A DNA stretch of 64,000 nt from Pseudomonadota bacterium (GTDB taxonomy: Bacteria > Pseudomonadota > Alphaproteobacteria > Micavibrionales > UBA1664): contig RFNZ01000003.1 of NCBI GenBank assembly GCA_009926935.1, positions 98,551-162,550 of the forward strand, read 5' to 3'. The translations under genes and the position numbers were made by a program. Under the pieces are notes generated by a model that worked only from the letters and a program-made list of their open reading frames with translations, ran no database searches and was not told the origin of the DNA. This document shows, one piece after another, positions 26,553 to 35,699 of this stretch; within the stretch, counting starts at the first letter, position 1, and every line of letters begins with the position of its first letter.

Positions 26553-27262
26553 GACACATCTCCGGATGAACTGGGTTCATTATGGGCTTTTTGCGATGGT
26601 TCGTCCACCCCTTCCCGGGCTTGCAGCGCGTCTGCGCGCAGATTTTCCGGCAGGTGGGAGACAAGCTTTTGCAGAAGATTTTTTGAAACGGCCTCCGGGT
26701 CCCAGTCGGCACCGCCGCCTGTCCATTCAAAGCGGCATTGAAGCCCTGTCAGGGAGTCATCGGGATTGATGGTGCAACTAATTTTACGGCGTGACTGCTC
26801 GAGCATTTTTTCGAAACGGTCCTTGATGCTTGCGAAGTGGAGAGGCGGTACATACAGCACGAGCGTTTGCCCGCGCACCTGCTCAGCAAGAACCTGCTTC
26901 ATGAATAAGTTAATCTGCTCGCGCGAGAGAAGTTCCATCAAGACAGGTATCGTGCGGACCATGGCCTGTACAGCCAAAAGCGCCGACTGATCGATGAAGG
27001 CGGCTACGCGTTTGTTTTCTTCCGATTCCAGACGGGAAGCGGCCAGAATAACTTGTTGGAGCGTATCGCGGATCTGGGCTTCTTGCGAATTCAGGGTTTC
27101 GGCTATGCCGGCCTTGCGCCCTTCGTCGAACCCGCTTTTGCGCGAGGCTTCCATTTGCGCTTCCGAGAAGCTGGGGCGGCGCGCAGCCTCCCGCTTTTTC
27201 CGCAAAGCTTCCTCGCTGAAATCGTTGCCGTCGAAGAGGAATTTTTTTGCGTTGTCGCTCAA
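26549..27262 (-). CDS. fliH: FliH-like flagellar assembly protein (FlbE position in the Caulobacter fliF operon)
   Basis: 237 aa, charged N-terminus (REAARRPSFSEAQMEASRKSGFDEGRKAG). Located between fliG and fliN and overlaps fliN by 4 nt. Confidence 0.55.
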   Translation of the reverse strand: MSDNAKKFLFDGNDFSEEALRKKREAARRPSFSEAQMEASRKSGFDEGRKAGIAETLNSQEAQIRDTLQQVILAASRLESEENKRVAAFIDQSALLAVQAMVRTIPVLMELLSREQINLFMKQVLAEQVRGQTLVLYVPPLHFASIKDRFEKMLEQSRRKISCTINPDDSLTGLQCRFEWTGGGADWDPEAVSKNLLQKLVSHLPENLRADALQAREGVDEPSQKAHNEPSSSGDVS

Positions 27263-27277
27263 GCCGTCTCCCGCTGG

Positions 27278-28303
27278 TTAGTAGATTATCTGGTCGTCTT
27301 CCTTGCCGCTGGCTATTTTGATTTCGCCGCGACCTTCGAGATCTTTTGTAACGCTGACTACGTATTGCTGCGCTTCCTCGACTTCTTTCAGGCGTACCGG
27401 GCCCAAAGATGACATGTCCTCGCGCAGGATTTTTGCCGCGCGTTCGGACATGTTGGAGAAGAAGAGATCGCGTAGACCTTCTGTGGCACCTTTGAGGGCG
27501 AGTGGCAGTTTGTCCTTGTCGATGGCACGGATGAGCGACTGCATGGAAGACGGATCGAGTTTGAGAAGATCCTCGAAGGTGAACATGAGCGAGCGGATTT
27601 TTTCGGCTGAATCCGGTTCGCTTTCCTCGAGGCCTTGCATGAAGCGTCCTTCGACAGTGCGGTCGAGATTGTTGAAAATTTCGGCCATCATCTCGTGGCT
27701 GTCGCGGCGCTGGCCGCGGGCGAGATTGGACATGAACTCGGTGCGCAGTGTCCGTTCAACGTCATCGAGAACGTCTTTTTGTACGGATTCCATACGCAGC
27801 ATGCGGTGGATGACCTCCATCGCGAAACCCTGTGGCATGAGCGCCAGGACGCGCGCCGCGTGATCAGGCTGGATTTTTGACATGACGACGGCGACGGTCT
27901 GCGGGTATTCCTTGACCAAAAAATTTGCGAGAACTTCCTCGTTCACGTTGCCGAGTTTTTCCCACATCGTACGGCCTGCGGGCCCGCGGATCTCCTCCAT
28001 AATGGAGTCGACCTTGCTTTTATCGAGCACTTTTCCAAGGAGGCGTTCGGTTGAATCAAGTGTACCGACGAGAGAGCCCGTCGTGGACATCTGCTCGGCG
28101 AAATCGACGAACAGGCGCTCGACAACCGTTGATGAAACCTTGCCGAGGTTTGCCATGGTGGTCGAGATTTCCATGATCTCTTCCTCGTCCATGAACTCGA
28201 AGAGGCGGGCGGTGTGTTCCTCACCCAGTGCCAGGAGAAAGATGGCCGCTTTTTCCTTCCCTAGGAGGGTTCTATAATCTTCACGGACGCGCAAAGCTGC
28301 CAT
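27278..28303 (-). CDS. fliG: Flagellar motor switch protein FliG
   Basis: 341 aa with EHTARLF...MDEEEI, MFTFEDL and C-terminal torque-helix region motifs. Confidence 0.92.
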   Translation of the reverse strand: MAALRVREDYRTLLGKEKAAIFLLALGEEHTARLFEFMDEEEIMEISTTMANLGKVSSTVVERLFVDFAEQMSTTGSLVGTLDSTERLLGKVLDKSKVDSIMEEIRGPAGRTMWEKLGNVNEEVLANFLVKEYPQTVAVVMSKIQPDHAARVLALMPQGFAMEVIHRMLRMESVQKDVLDDVERTLRTEFMSNLARGQRRDSHEMMAEIFNNLDRTVEGRFMQGLEESEPDSAEKIRSLMFTFEDLLKLDPSSMQSLIRAIDKDKLPLALKGATEGLRDLFFSNMSERAAKILREDMSSLGPVRLKEVEEAQQYVVSVTKDLEGRGEIKIASGKEDDQIIY

Positions 28304-28306
28304 GGC

Positions 28307-29941
28307 TTACTCCTGCGTCATCCAGTTGCGAATGATCGAGACTGTCTCATTCGGATGGGATGTCACGATGTCACCAACCTTGCGTACGGTGGAAGCCTTG
28401 ACCTTTCCCTCAACGGCCTGCATGTCGATAAGACTGTCTTCCTCCATCTGGATTTTTGCTTCGATCTCGGCTGCCGTCGGGCCTGTAAGCGCGGGGGCCG
28501 GCGTGCTTTGTGCCAGCAGCATTTCGCTGCGCGCCTCTTCAATTGCGGCTTTCTGGGCCTGGAAGAGGGAGGTCATGATGGGTTTCAGGACAAGCAGGAT
28601 GACAAGGATGCCCATGATGGCGAGCATGATCATCTCGGCTGTCTGCAGCAGTTGACCGCGGTCAAAGCCGAAGAGTGTTGATGACTCGCCGATTTCAGGC
28701 GTTTCAATCTCGGTAAAGGCCATGTTGACGACCTCGACGGTATCGCCGCGCTTTTCATCAAACCCGATCGCCGATTTTACGAGAGCAGCAATTTTTTGAA
28801 GTTCCTCATCGCTGCGCGGCTGGTAAGTTTGATTTCCATCCTTGTCGGCGACCATCTTGCCATCGATGAGAACGGCTACTGATATTTTTTTGACTTCGCC
28901 GGTTTCGCGGACGATGCTCTGGACCGTTTTGCTGATTTCGAAATTGGTCGTTTCTTCGGAACGGTCACTTTTGTTGGCGTTGGAGCCACCACCTGCATCT
29001 GCGTTGCCGCCAGGTACGTTGTTTTCAACGCTTACTTCGCCGCTGGAGGCATCGACCTCGGTTGAGCCTTCTGTCACGCTTTGAGTAGAGCGCACGACCT
29101 GACCTTCAGGATCAAACGACTCGGAATTTGTGCTGATGCGGTCGAAGTTCATGTCCGCCGTCACGTGCGCGCGGACTTTGTTGAAGCCGACAATACGTCC
29201 GACCATGTCTTCGATGGCGGTGTTCATGCGCTCTTCGTAGGCGCGGCGCATTTCATCGGCTTTGAGGCCGGTCATGCCGCCGGCTGCGTTGCTATCGCCG
29301 CCTGCCAGCATATTGGCGTCGGTATCGATGATGGTCACCTTGTCGGCTTTCAAATCCGGCACGGCGTTGGCCACCAGATTTTGGATGCCGTAAATCTGCT
29401 CCCGCGAGAGGCGGGCAGAAGGCTTGAGTTTTAAGGTTACGCTGGCGCTGGCCGTACGTGCTTCCCGCGAGAACAATTCGCGTTGCGGCAGCACCAGATG
29501 AACTTTGGCAAACTCAACGGGGTCCAGCGTGGCGATGGTGCGCGCGAGCTCGCCTTGCAGGGCGCGGACCTGATTGATGTTTTGTACAAAACCCGTTGTG
29601 CCGAAGCCGGATTTTTGGTCAAACAGCTCGTAGCCCATGGTGCCGCCATTGGGCAGGCCTTCCTGTGCCAAGAGCATGCGGGCGCGACCGATCTCGTTTT
29701 TAGGAACACGGATCTGGGAGCCATCGGGCGATACTTCAAAAGGTATTTTTGTTTCCTCGAGCTTGGCGGATACGGCAGCAGACTCGACGGATGAAAGGCT
29801 GCCATACAGTAGAGTAAGGCTGGGTTTTGACACCTGTGCCGATACGAACACAAAGAAAACCAAAAGCCCCATCAGGACGGCGCCCAAAATCGCAAGGCGA
29901 CCGGGGCCAAGACTTTTCAAGGTGTCTGTGAAACTGCTCAT
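28307..29941 (-). CDS. fliF: Flagellar MS-ring protein FliF
   Basis: 544 aa with an N-terminal TM, a YscJ/FliF periplasmic domain (LLYGSLS...AKLEE..IP, ARMLLAQEGLP) and a C-terminal TM plus FliG-binding tail. Confidence 0.92.
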   Translation of the reverse strand: MSSFTDTLKSLGPGRLAILGAVLMGLLVFFVFVSAQVSKPSLTLLYGSLSSVESAAVSAKLEETKIPFEVSPDGSQIRVPKNEIGRARMLLAQEGLPNGGTMGYELFDQKSGFGTTGFVQNINQVRALQGELARTIATLDPVEFAKVHLVLPQRELFSREARTASASVTLKLKPSARLSREQIYGIQNLVANAVPDLKADKVTIIDTDANMLAGGDSNAAGGMTGLKADEMRRAYEERMNTAIEDMVGRIVGFNKVRAHVTADMNFDRISTNSESFDPEGQVVRSTQSVTEGSTEVDASSGEVSVENNVPGGNADAGGGSNANKSDRSEETTNFEISKTVQSIVRETGEVKKISVAVLIDGKMVADKDGNQTYQPRSDEELQKIAALVKSAIGFDEKRGDTVEVVNMAFTEIETPEIGESSTLFGFDRGQLLQTAEMIMLAIMGILVILLVLKPIMTSLFQAQKAAIEEARSEMLLAQSTPAPALTGPTAAEIEAKIQMEEDSLIDMQAVEGKVKASTVRKVGDIVTSHPNETVSIIRNWMTQE

Positions 29942-30059
29942 CGGGTCTGTCCGTCCCTATTGTTCTTTCGTTCCGATGCCCCGTGCGGGCAAAGAAGAGG
30001 GGTACCTTGCGTGTTAAGTTGCTGTAAGGAAAGCATTTTGGTCCACGCTACTCTTCTTG

Positions 30060-30073
30060 TTAACATACATTAA
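30060..30073. promoter_or_regulatory. TTAA-N6-TTAA element in the fliF / flaG-like divergent region (candidate CtrA-type site)
   Basis: gTTAACATACATTAAt lies ~120 nt upstream of the fliF start. It has the same N6 spacing as the ctrA-upstream repeats and contains GTTAACAT, which resembles the TTAACCAT half-site. Confidence 0.3.
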
Positions 30074-30424
30074 TTTTCTGTTGATGTCCAATGATGCGTT
30101 CCGGCTTGCCGTGATTGGTCATTTCAAACGACTCGCGGGAATGCCTTGATTTGTTATGAGTCGAATTTTCGGGTTTTTTGTACGTTTGTTTCATCTAAAG
30201 GTTCGGAAAGTGCTATGACATAATGACGCACAGCCGCGAATACTATGTGCCGGCGTGCGACTCGTCATGAAGCTAAAATCATTTAATATCAATATCTTGG
30301 CAGGATATTTTTGATATGTTGTTGACTTTTGTTATGGTTATTTAAATTTACGCTTGGTTTTTACCCTTAGTACCCCCTTCAAAGCCGCAAAAAACCTTGA
30401 CTTTATTGACTTAAAAAAGGTAAT

Positions 30425-30916
30425 ATGAGTATGAGGCAGGAAAATCTTGCCGCTTGGGGAATGAAAATGATTGAGGCTGTAAAATCTACGGTCGCCAACA
30501 GTACCCTTCTTAAGGGTAGCGTGGAGCAACCTTCCACGCTGAATTCCTATGCCGCCAATCCCGATAAACTTCAGGTTACTTCGCAAACACCTTATGTTAG
30601 TCCAACTGTACGGATTGATGTGAATACGAAGATCGCAATCCTGGAGTATCGTGAATCTGTGTCAGGTGAAGTTCTGGCACAAATTCCATCGGAGCAGGCA
30701 ATCCGCAGCTATAGACTGCGCGAGGCAAAGGAAGACGCTGAAATCGCCGCACAGCTGACGCAAAAACTTGGTACCCAGAAGGGGACCGCTCCCGTTACGA
30801 CGAGTGCACCGACACAGGTTTCTGTGCCGCAACCGTCGCCGGAACCTGCTTCTTCTGATGCCAATGTCAGCTTGAGCGCTGAACTAACGGCGATCACAAC
30901 ACAACTGGACGTTTAA
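30425..30916 (+). CDS. flaG: FlaG-family flagellar protein (putative)
   Basis: The core VRIDVNTKIAILEYRESVSGEVLAQIPSEQAIRSY matches the FlaG pattern (...D..TGEVIRQIPSEE..). The start is uncertain; ATG 30467 preceded by GGGGA is an alternative. Confidence 0.55.
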   Translation: MSMRQENLAAWGMKMIEAVKSTVANSTLLKGSVEQPSTLNSYAANPDKLQVTSQTPYVSPTVRIDVNTKIAILEYRESVSGEVLAQIPSEQAIRSYRLREAKEDAEIAAQLTQKLGTQKGTAPVTTSAPTQVSVPQPSPEPASSDANVSLSAELTAITTQLDV

Positions 30917-30937
30917 CGACGCCCTTTTACGGAACGG

Positions 30938-31384
30938 TTAGGCCGAGGTGGATGATCCGCCCTGTGGCCTTTCGTCCGTTTTTTGGACTTTTTGTGCAGT
31001 CGCCGGTTTTGCCATGAGACCTGCCGCCACCTGACGATTAATATCCATCAAGACATGCAGTTTTTCACGGCTGGGTTCTGAAAGGATATTGAGCGAGCGC
31101 TTGAAAATGAAATTGCACAGGTTGACGATATTGTTACGCAAGTCGACCGGGCGGTTATCCGTGTTTTCGATGGCGGTATCGAAAAACAGCATCCACAGTT
31201 TGCGGTTGTAGGTGAGGACGTTGTCGATATCCTCCGGTGTTGCTTCATCCCATCTGTCGTGCAGACGCTGGAGTTCGTTGGCGGCTTTGAGTAAAAGCTG
31301 GCCTTCCAGATCGCGCTGGTCTGTTGTTTCCTTGGCTGTTTTGCCGTACTTGCCGGCTGCGTTTGCATAAGGATTGTTAGACAT
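30938..31384 (-). CDS. flaF: Flagellin synthesis regulator FlaF
   Basis: 148 aa. N-terminal YANAAGKYGKT...RDLEGQLLLKAA and central YNRKLWMLFFD...NIVNLCNFIF, typical of FlaF. Overlaps flbT by 8 nt. Confidence 0.75.
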   Translation of the reverse strand: MSNNPYANAAGKYGKTAKETTDQRDLEGQLLLKAANELQRLHDRWDEATPEDIDNVLTYNRKLWMLFFDTAIENTDNRPVDLRNNIVNLCNFIFKRSLNILSEPSREKLHVLMDINRQVAAGLMAKPATAQKVQKTDERPQGGSSTSA

Positions 31385-31760
31385 TGGCCATCAGCTCCTG
31401 TTCGTAGTCGATGAGTTTACGGGCTTCCCGCAGCGCCTTGTAATAATGCCCTCCCAGGATGTGCTGGGAGATATCGGCCAACAAAAGGGCGGTTGATGGC
31501 GCGGCATTCTGGACCTCGCGGATTGACGTGAAATACATGTCGTAAATCTCGGTCGGGTCTTTGGCCAGATACATAAGCTGAATGATGAAATAGATGCGTT
31601 TGCAGGGGCTTGTCGCGTCTTCCTCTTTCATGACGTCACGCTCGCGCAGGATGGGGGCGTCACCTTCAATGTGCAAACGCGTACGCTGGTTATCGTTCAT
31701 GATAACGGCGTTGCCGACTATTATTTTTTCTTTGGGTTTGAGGTCTATGACTAGTGCCAT
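31377..31760 (-). CDS. flbT: Flagellin translational repressor FlbT
   Basis: MALVIDLKPKEKIIVGNAVIMNDNQRTRLHIEGDAPILRERDVM matches the FlbT N-terminal pattern (L.LKPGEK....AV..N......L......LRE.D.M). Confidence 0.85.
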   Translation of the reverse strand: MALVIDLKPKEKIIVGNAVIMNDNQRTRLHIEGDAPILRERDVMKEEDATSPCKRIYFIIQLMYLAKDPTEIYDMYFTSIREVQNAAPSTALLLADISQHILGGHYYKALREARKLIDYEQELMANV

Positions 31761-31883
31761 GTCGAGTTTCTCTCGTCTTTAACAGGGGCTTTCTGCCCCC
31801 TATGAGTTCATTATACAACCAAAAGGCCAAAAGAAAAACTGAAAAATCTTTCCTTAGGTCTTCCGGCCGTGAGGCGGGAAGGT

Positions 31884-31919
31884 GGGAATTGGGGCCGCCG
31901 TTCTGACGGCCCCATTCCC
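31884..31919 (-). terminator. Long GC-rich hairpin directly after flagellin gene 1 (probable terminator/stabiliser)
   Basis: 13-bp stem with one bulge (GGGAAT(T)GGGGCCG ... CGGCCCCATTCCC) starting 8 nt after the stop. There is no strong U-tract. Confidence 0.5.
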
Positions 31920-31927
31920 AAGGTTTA

Positions 31928-33610
31928 TTAGAACAACCGGAGAACCGACTGCTGGGCCTGAGATGCCAGCGAGAGGGCCGTAACACCAAGCTGCTGCCTT
32001 GTTTGAAGAGCCAAGAGCTGTGCGCCCGACTCGTTCTGGTCAGCAATTGTCAGTTTATCGGAGCCTTCGTTCAGGGTAGAAACCAGGCTCTGTGTGAATG
32101 TTTCACGAGTCTGAATAACCGAGAGCGAGTTCGAAAGCGTTGCCCCGAAGTTACGGAGCGCCGTTTTCGCGGCAAGCACCTGAGCTGCTGCGCCTTCGAC
32201 CTTTGCACTTGTCGTGAAGGTAGCAGCCGTGATGCCAAGGCCGGACGACGTGAGGGTTGAGCCACGCGTTGTCAAGCTGTTGGTACGGTTTTCGTTGAAG
32301 TAGGTGATGAGGCTATCACCGTTCAGGAGGTTAGTACCACGGTAGCTGGAGTCACGAACCAACTGGTCGATCTGGGTACGGACGGTATTATAGTCCGTTT
32401 CCAGGCGTGCCAGAGTAGTTGCGGCTGATGCGAGGAAGAATGTTTCACCTTCCGCGTCACCGATGGCGGCACCAGTGATCAAGCCCGGATCTGTACCAAA
32501 GTCAAAGTCGATGTTGGTCGCGGCAGCAGCGGTTGTTGTTGCCGTGATGTTAACCGTCTGGACTGTGGAAGAGGTGGCTTCAATCGTGAACTTACCGGTC
32601 GTGTTATCATACGAAGCACGAACGAGCGAGTTGATCGTCGTGTCCGTATTGATAGCATCCACCAAGTTCTGGATTGTGGTTGTGGCGCTTACTGCAATGT
32701 TGGCCGAAGTTGTTGTACCGTTGATACGCAACGTCAAGTTAGGTGCACCGGTTGCTGCGAAACGAGCGGCACCACCGTCAGTGACGGCAACGCCGGTCAG
32801 AAGGTCGGAAGCTTCAGCGAAGCCCTGGCCTGCTACCGTTTCAAAGAACGTACCGGATACAAGCTTTGTCGCGGCCAAAACCGTTAATTCGGCGTTGGCG
32901 TTGGCAACAGCAGCACCGTTACGTGTAGATGCGTTGACAAGAGCACCAAAACCCAATGCGCTTGCGAGACCGGAGTCAGTTGCCGCAAAGGCAACGGCCT
33001 GATCGGAGTCGAAGACGATGTTAAATGAGTTACCGCGTGTTTCGGTAATTCTCAAGAAACCATCGGATGTAAGGCTGGCGTTGAAGAAGCCACCGCCACC
33101 GATATCGTTGATTTTGCCTAACAGCTGGTCTGTCGAGTCACCGGTTGCGATGGTTACTGTCGCCGTCGCAAGGGTACCGTTGAGGGCTGTGTATTCAAAA
33201 TCAAGTTCGTCGGTGTTGGCGATACCGAGGATGGTTGTTACATCCAGCTGGTTACGCAAATCGACGTTACCGGTGATGCTGGCCTGTACCTGGCCACTTG
33301 TTAAGGCTTCACGGGCTGAACCCACAAGGGATTCTGCCTGGTCAACCAGTCTTTGAAGGGCTGTCACACCCGCATCGGCGGCTTTAATGGTTTGTACCGA
33401 CTGGCCAATCCCGTCAAGAAGGCGGGTCAGGTCAGACGAACGGTCTTTAAGAGATTCAGATGCAAAGAAGTTTTGCGGGTTATCAAGTGCCGAAGACACT
33501 TTCAGACCCGTTGACAGAACTTGTTGCACTTTATCGATGTTTGACTGCGTTCTCTGAAGAGAAAGCAGGTTATTGCGCAAGGCTGCGCTTAGAACGACTT
33601 CACCAGTCAT
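31928..33610 (-). CDS. Flagellin (long, ~560 aa, alphaproteobacterial type)
   Basis: Conserved N-terminus (LQRTQSNIDKVQQVLSTGLKVSSALDNPQNFFAS) and C-terminus (LLALQTRQQLGVTALSLASQAQQSVLRLF). The T/S/A-rich central region carries flagellin IN-type motifs (TIQNLVDAINTD...). Confidence 0.92.
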   Translation of the reverse strand: MTGEVVLSAALRNNLLSLQRTQSNIDKVQQVLSTGLKVSSALDNPQNFFASESLKDRSSDLTRLLDGIGQSVQTIKAADAGVTALQRLVDQAESLVGSAREALTSGQVQASITGNVDLRNQLDVTTILGIANTDELDFEYTALNGTLATATVTIATGDSTDQLLGKINDIGGGGFFNASLTSDGFLRITETRGNSFNIVFDSDQAVAFAATDSGLASALGFGALVNASTRNGAAVANANAELTVLAATKLVSGTFFETVAGQGFAEASDLLTGVAVTDGGAARFAATGAPNLTLRINGTTTSANIAVSATTTIQNLVDAINTDTTINSLVRASYDNTTGKFTIEATSSTVQTVNITATTTAAAATNIDFDFGTDPGLITGAAIGDAEGETFFLASAATTLARLETDYNTVRTQIDQLVRDSSYRGTNLLNGDSLITYFNENRTNSLTTRGSTLTSSGLGITAATFTTSAKVEGAAAQVLAAKTALRNFGATLSNSLSVIQTRETFTQSLVSTLNEGSDKLTIADQNESGAQLLALQTRQQLGVTALSLASQAQQSVLRLF

Positions 33611-33661
33611 AGTTAACTCCTATCCTAGGGGTTATATTGTTAAATCGCCTGTTCCTTGGCG
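33611..33661 (-). promoter_or_regulatory. Flagellin-1 5' leader: hairpin plus conserved AACCCCTAGGATAGGAG element overlapping the SD
   Basis: Minus strand: CGCC-AAGGAACA-GGCG hairpin (33646-33661), then AACCCCTAGGATAGGAG (33617-33633). The same architecture occurs upstream of flagellin 2. Confidence 0.5.
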
Positions 33662-33820
33662 ACTAATAACCAGAATAGTGCCAGATTCTTAAAATGAAGT
33701 TAAAGCACGAATTTGCGATAATTTTCCGAAATACTGATATTTCTCCACAATACTTGCCATAGAGCTGCGGATAAGGCTGTGCGTACCTTATATATGTATA
33801 ATTTAGGATATTTTTGACAG

Positions 33821-33855
33821 CAAAAGGCACCCGGCTTCTGCCAGGTGCCTTTTTG
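33821..33855 (-). terminator. Rho-independent terminator after flagellin gene 2
   Basis: AAGGCACC-12 nt loop-GGTGCCTT flanked by A/T runs, ~30 nt after the stop at 33884. Confidence 0.7.
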
Positions 33856-33883
33856 AATGTTGGGTCTTTTTTTCTTACAAAGC

Positions 33884-35569
33884 TTAGAACAACCGGAGAA
33901 CCGACTGCTGAGCCTGTGAGGCCAAGGAGAGGGCCGTAACACCGAGCTGCTGTCTTGTTTGCAGAGCCAGGAGTTTCGCACCTTCTTCGTTCTGATCGGC
34001 GATTGTGAGCTTGTCCGAACCTTCCGTCAGCGCTTCAACCATGGACTTCGTGAAATTTTCACGGGTCTGGATGATCGAGAGCGAGTTCGCGATGGTTGAA
34101 CCGAAGTTACGCAAGGTCTCCTTCGCAGCCTGAACCTGAAGGCGTGAGCCTTCAATGCTCTGGAGCGTGTTGAAGTTGGCTTTCGAGATAGCCAAGCCAC
34201 TGGATGTCAGCTCGGTACCCTGGGTTGTCAGGAAGTTGGTACGATCCTCGTTGAAGTAGGTGACCAAGTCATCACCGTTCAGGAGGTTTGTACCGCGATA
34301 ACCTGCATCTTCTACCAACTCGTCGATCTGCGTCAGGACTGTATTGTAGTCATTCGTCAGACGTTCGAGAGTTGCGGCCGCGCTAGCGAGGTAATAGGTT
34401 TCACCCTCTGCATCAGCAATCGTGGCACCGGTAATGAAAGCCGGGTCGGTTCCAAAGTCGAAGTCGATGTTGGTCGCGGCAGCAGCTGTGGATGTTGCCG
34501 TGATGTTAACCGTTTGGACCGTGGAATCGATGGCTTCGATATTGAACTTACCTGTTGTGGCATCGTAAGAAGCCTTCACAAGTGCGTTGATCGAGCTATC
34601 GGTGTTGATGGAGTCAACGAGACCCTGGATTGTGGTGGTGGCACTAATGGCAATGTTTGAAGACGTCGTTGTGCCATTGATCCGGATGGTCAAGTTTGGT
34701 GCGCCAGTTGCCGCAAAGCGGGCTGTTGAACCACCTTCCGTTGTTACCACGTTGGTCAGAAGGTCCGATGCTTCCGCAAAGCCGTTGCCCGCGCCGTTCT
34801 CGAAGAACGTGCCGGAAACAAGTTTGGTTTGGGCAAGGACCGTCAATTCCGCGTTGGCGTTGGCTGCTGCTGCACCGTTGCGTGTCGAAGCGTTGATGAG
34901 GTTACCAAAGCCGAGGGCGCCCGCCAACTGCGAGTCACCAGCAACGAAGGCCAAAGCTTGATCTGAGTCGAAGGCAATGTTGAATGAGTTGCCGCGGAGC
35001 TCAGTGATTTGTAGGTAGCCTTCCGTCGTCAACTTGGCCTGAAAAAAACCGCCGCCACCAATATCGTTAATTTTGGAAAGAAGCTGGTCGATCGAGTCGC
35101 CTGTCGCAACCGTAACCGTGGCTGTCGCCAAGGCACCGTTAACGGCCGTGTATTCAAAATCAATTTCATCGGTGTTGGCGATACCAAGGATCTGCGTCAC
35201 ATCGGATTTACCGCGCAGGTCGACGTTACCGGTGATGCTGGCTTTTACTTCGCCACCCGAAACGGCTTCGCGAGCTGCTTCCACGAGGGAGTCAGCCTGG
35301 TCTACCAGTCTTGTGAGAGCGGTTACACCGGCATCTGCGGCTTTAATCGTCTGGATCGACTGGCCGATACCATCCAGAAGGCGGGTCAGGTCAGACGAGC
35401 GGTTTTTCAGCGACTGCGAGGCAAAGAAGTTCTGCGGGTTATCAAGTGCCGAAGACACTTTCAAACCGGTCGAGAGAACATTCTGAACCTTGTCGATGCT
35501 TGTTTGAGTACGTTGGAGAGATAATAGATTTGAACGCAATGCTGCGCTTAGTACGACTTCACCAGTCAT
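33884..35569 (-). CDS. Flagellin (paralogue of 31928..33610)
   Basis: 561 aa, colinear with flagellin 1 along its whole length. The termini are nearly identical. Substitutions are scattered along the whole length and appear sparsest at the extreme termini. Confidence 0.92.
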   Translation of the reverse strand: MTGEVVLSAALRSNLLSLQRTQTSIDKVQNVLSTGLKVSSALDNPQNFFASQSLKNRSSDLTRLLDGIGQSIQTIKAADAGVTALTRLVDQADSLVEAAREAVSGGEVKASITGNVDLRGKSDVTQILGIANTDEIDFEYTAVNGALATATVTVATGDSIDQLLSKINDIGGGGFFQAKLTTEGYLQITELRGNSFNIAFDSDQALAFVAGDSQLAGALGFGNLINASTRNGAAAANANAELTVLAQTKLVSGTFFENGAGNGFAEASDLLTNVVTTEGGSTARFAATGAPNLTIRINGTTTSSNIAISATTTIQGLVDSINTDSSINALVKASYDATTGKFNIEAIDSTVQTVNITATSTAAAATNIDFDFGTDPAFITGATIADAEGETYYLASAAATLERLTNDYNTVLTQIDELVEDAGYRGTNLLNGDDLVTYFNEDRTNFLTTQGTELTSSGLAISKANFNTLQSIEGSRLQVQAAKETLRNFGSTIANSLSIIQTRENFTKSMVEALTEGSDKLTIADQNEEGAKLLALQTRQQLGVTALSLASQAQQSVLRLF

Positions 35570-35618
35570 GGTGGGCCTCCTATTCTAGGGGTTGAAATAA
35601 ACGCACCCTTCTGGGTGC
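35570..35618 (-). promoter_or_regulatory. Flagellin-2 5' leader: hairpin plus conserved AACCCCTAGAATAGGAGG element
   Basis: Minus strand: GCACCC-AGAA-GGGTGC hairpin (35603-35618), then AACCCCTAGAATAGGAG (35577-35593). Confidence 0.5.
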
Positions 35619-35699
35619 TATGTAATTTTTAGACTAACACAGAAAACAAAAAAAAGAAGCAATTATTTTTTTGTATGCGTGCAGATAGCGCTATCACTT

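Larger units (their letters stand above)
31928..35569 (-). repeat. Tandem duplication of the flagellin gene unit
   Basis: Two colinear flagellin genes with a stop-to-stop offset of 1956 nt and identical 3' ends (TTAGAACAACCGGAGAACCGACTGCTG). The leader motifs are also shared. Confidence 0.9.

Noticed and set aside
30397-30412. Direct repeat TTGACTT-TA-TTGACTT just upstream of the flaG-like ORF.
   Set aside because: It could supply a -35 (TTGACT-N18-TAATAT). If so, the ORF start at 30425 would lie inside the promoter. That only argues for a later start codon (30467) and is not a distinct feature I can support.
33670-33683. TGGCACTATTCTGG upstream of flagellin 1, a possible sigma54 -24 box.
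   Set aside because: The -12 position reads GT rather than GC, and the paralogous flagellin-2 upstream region has no counterpart. It is not called as a promoter, though it remains worth testing.
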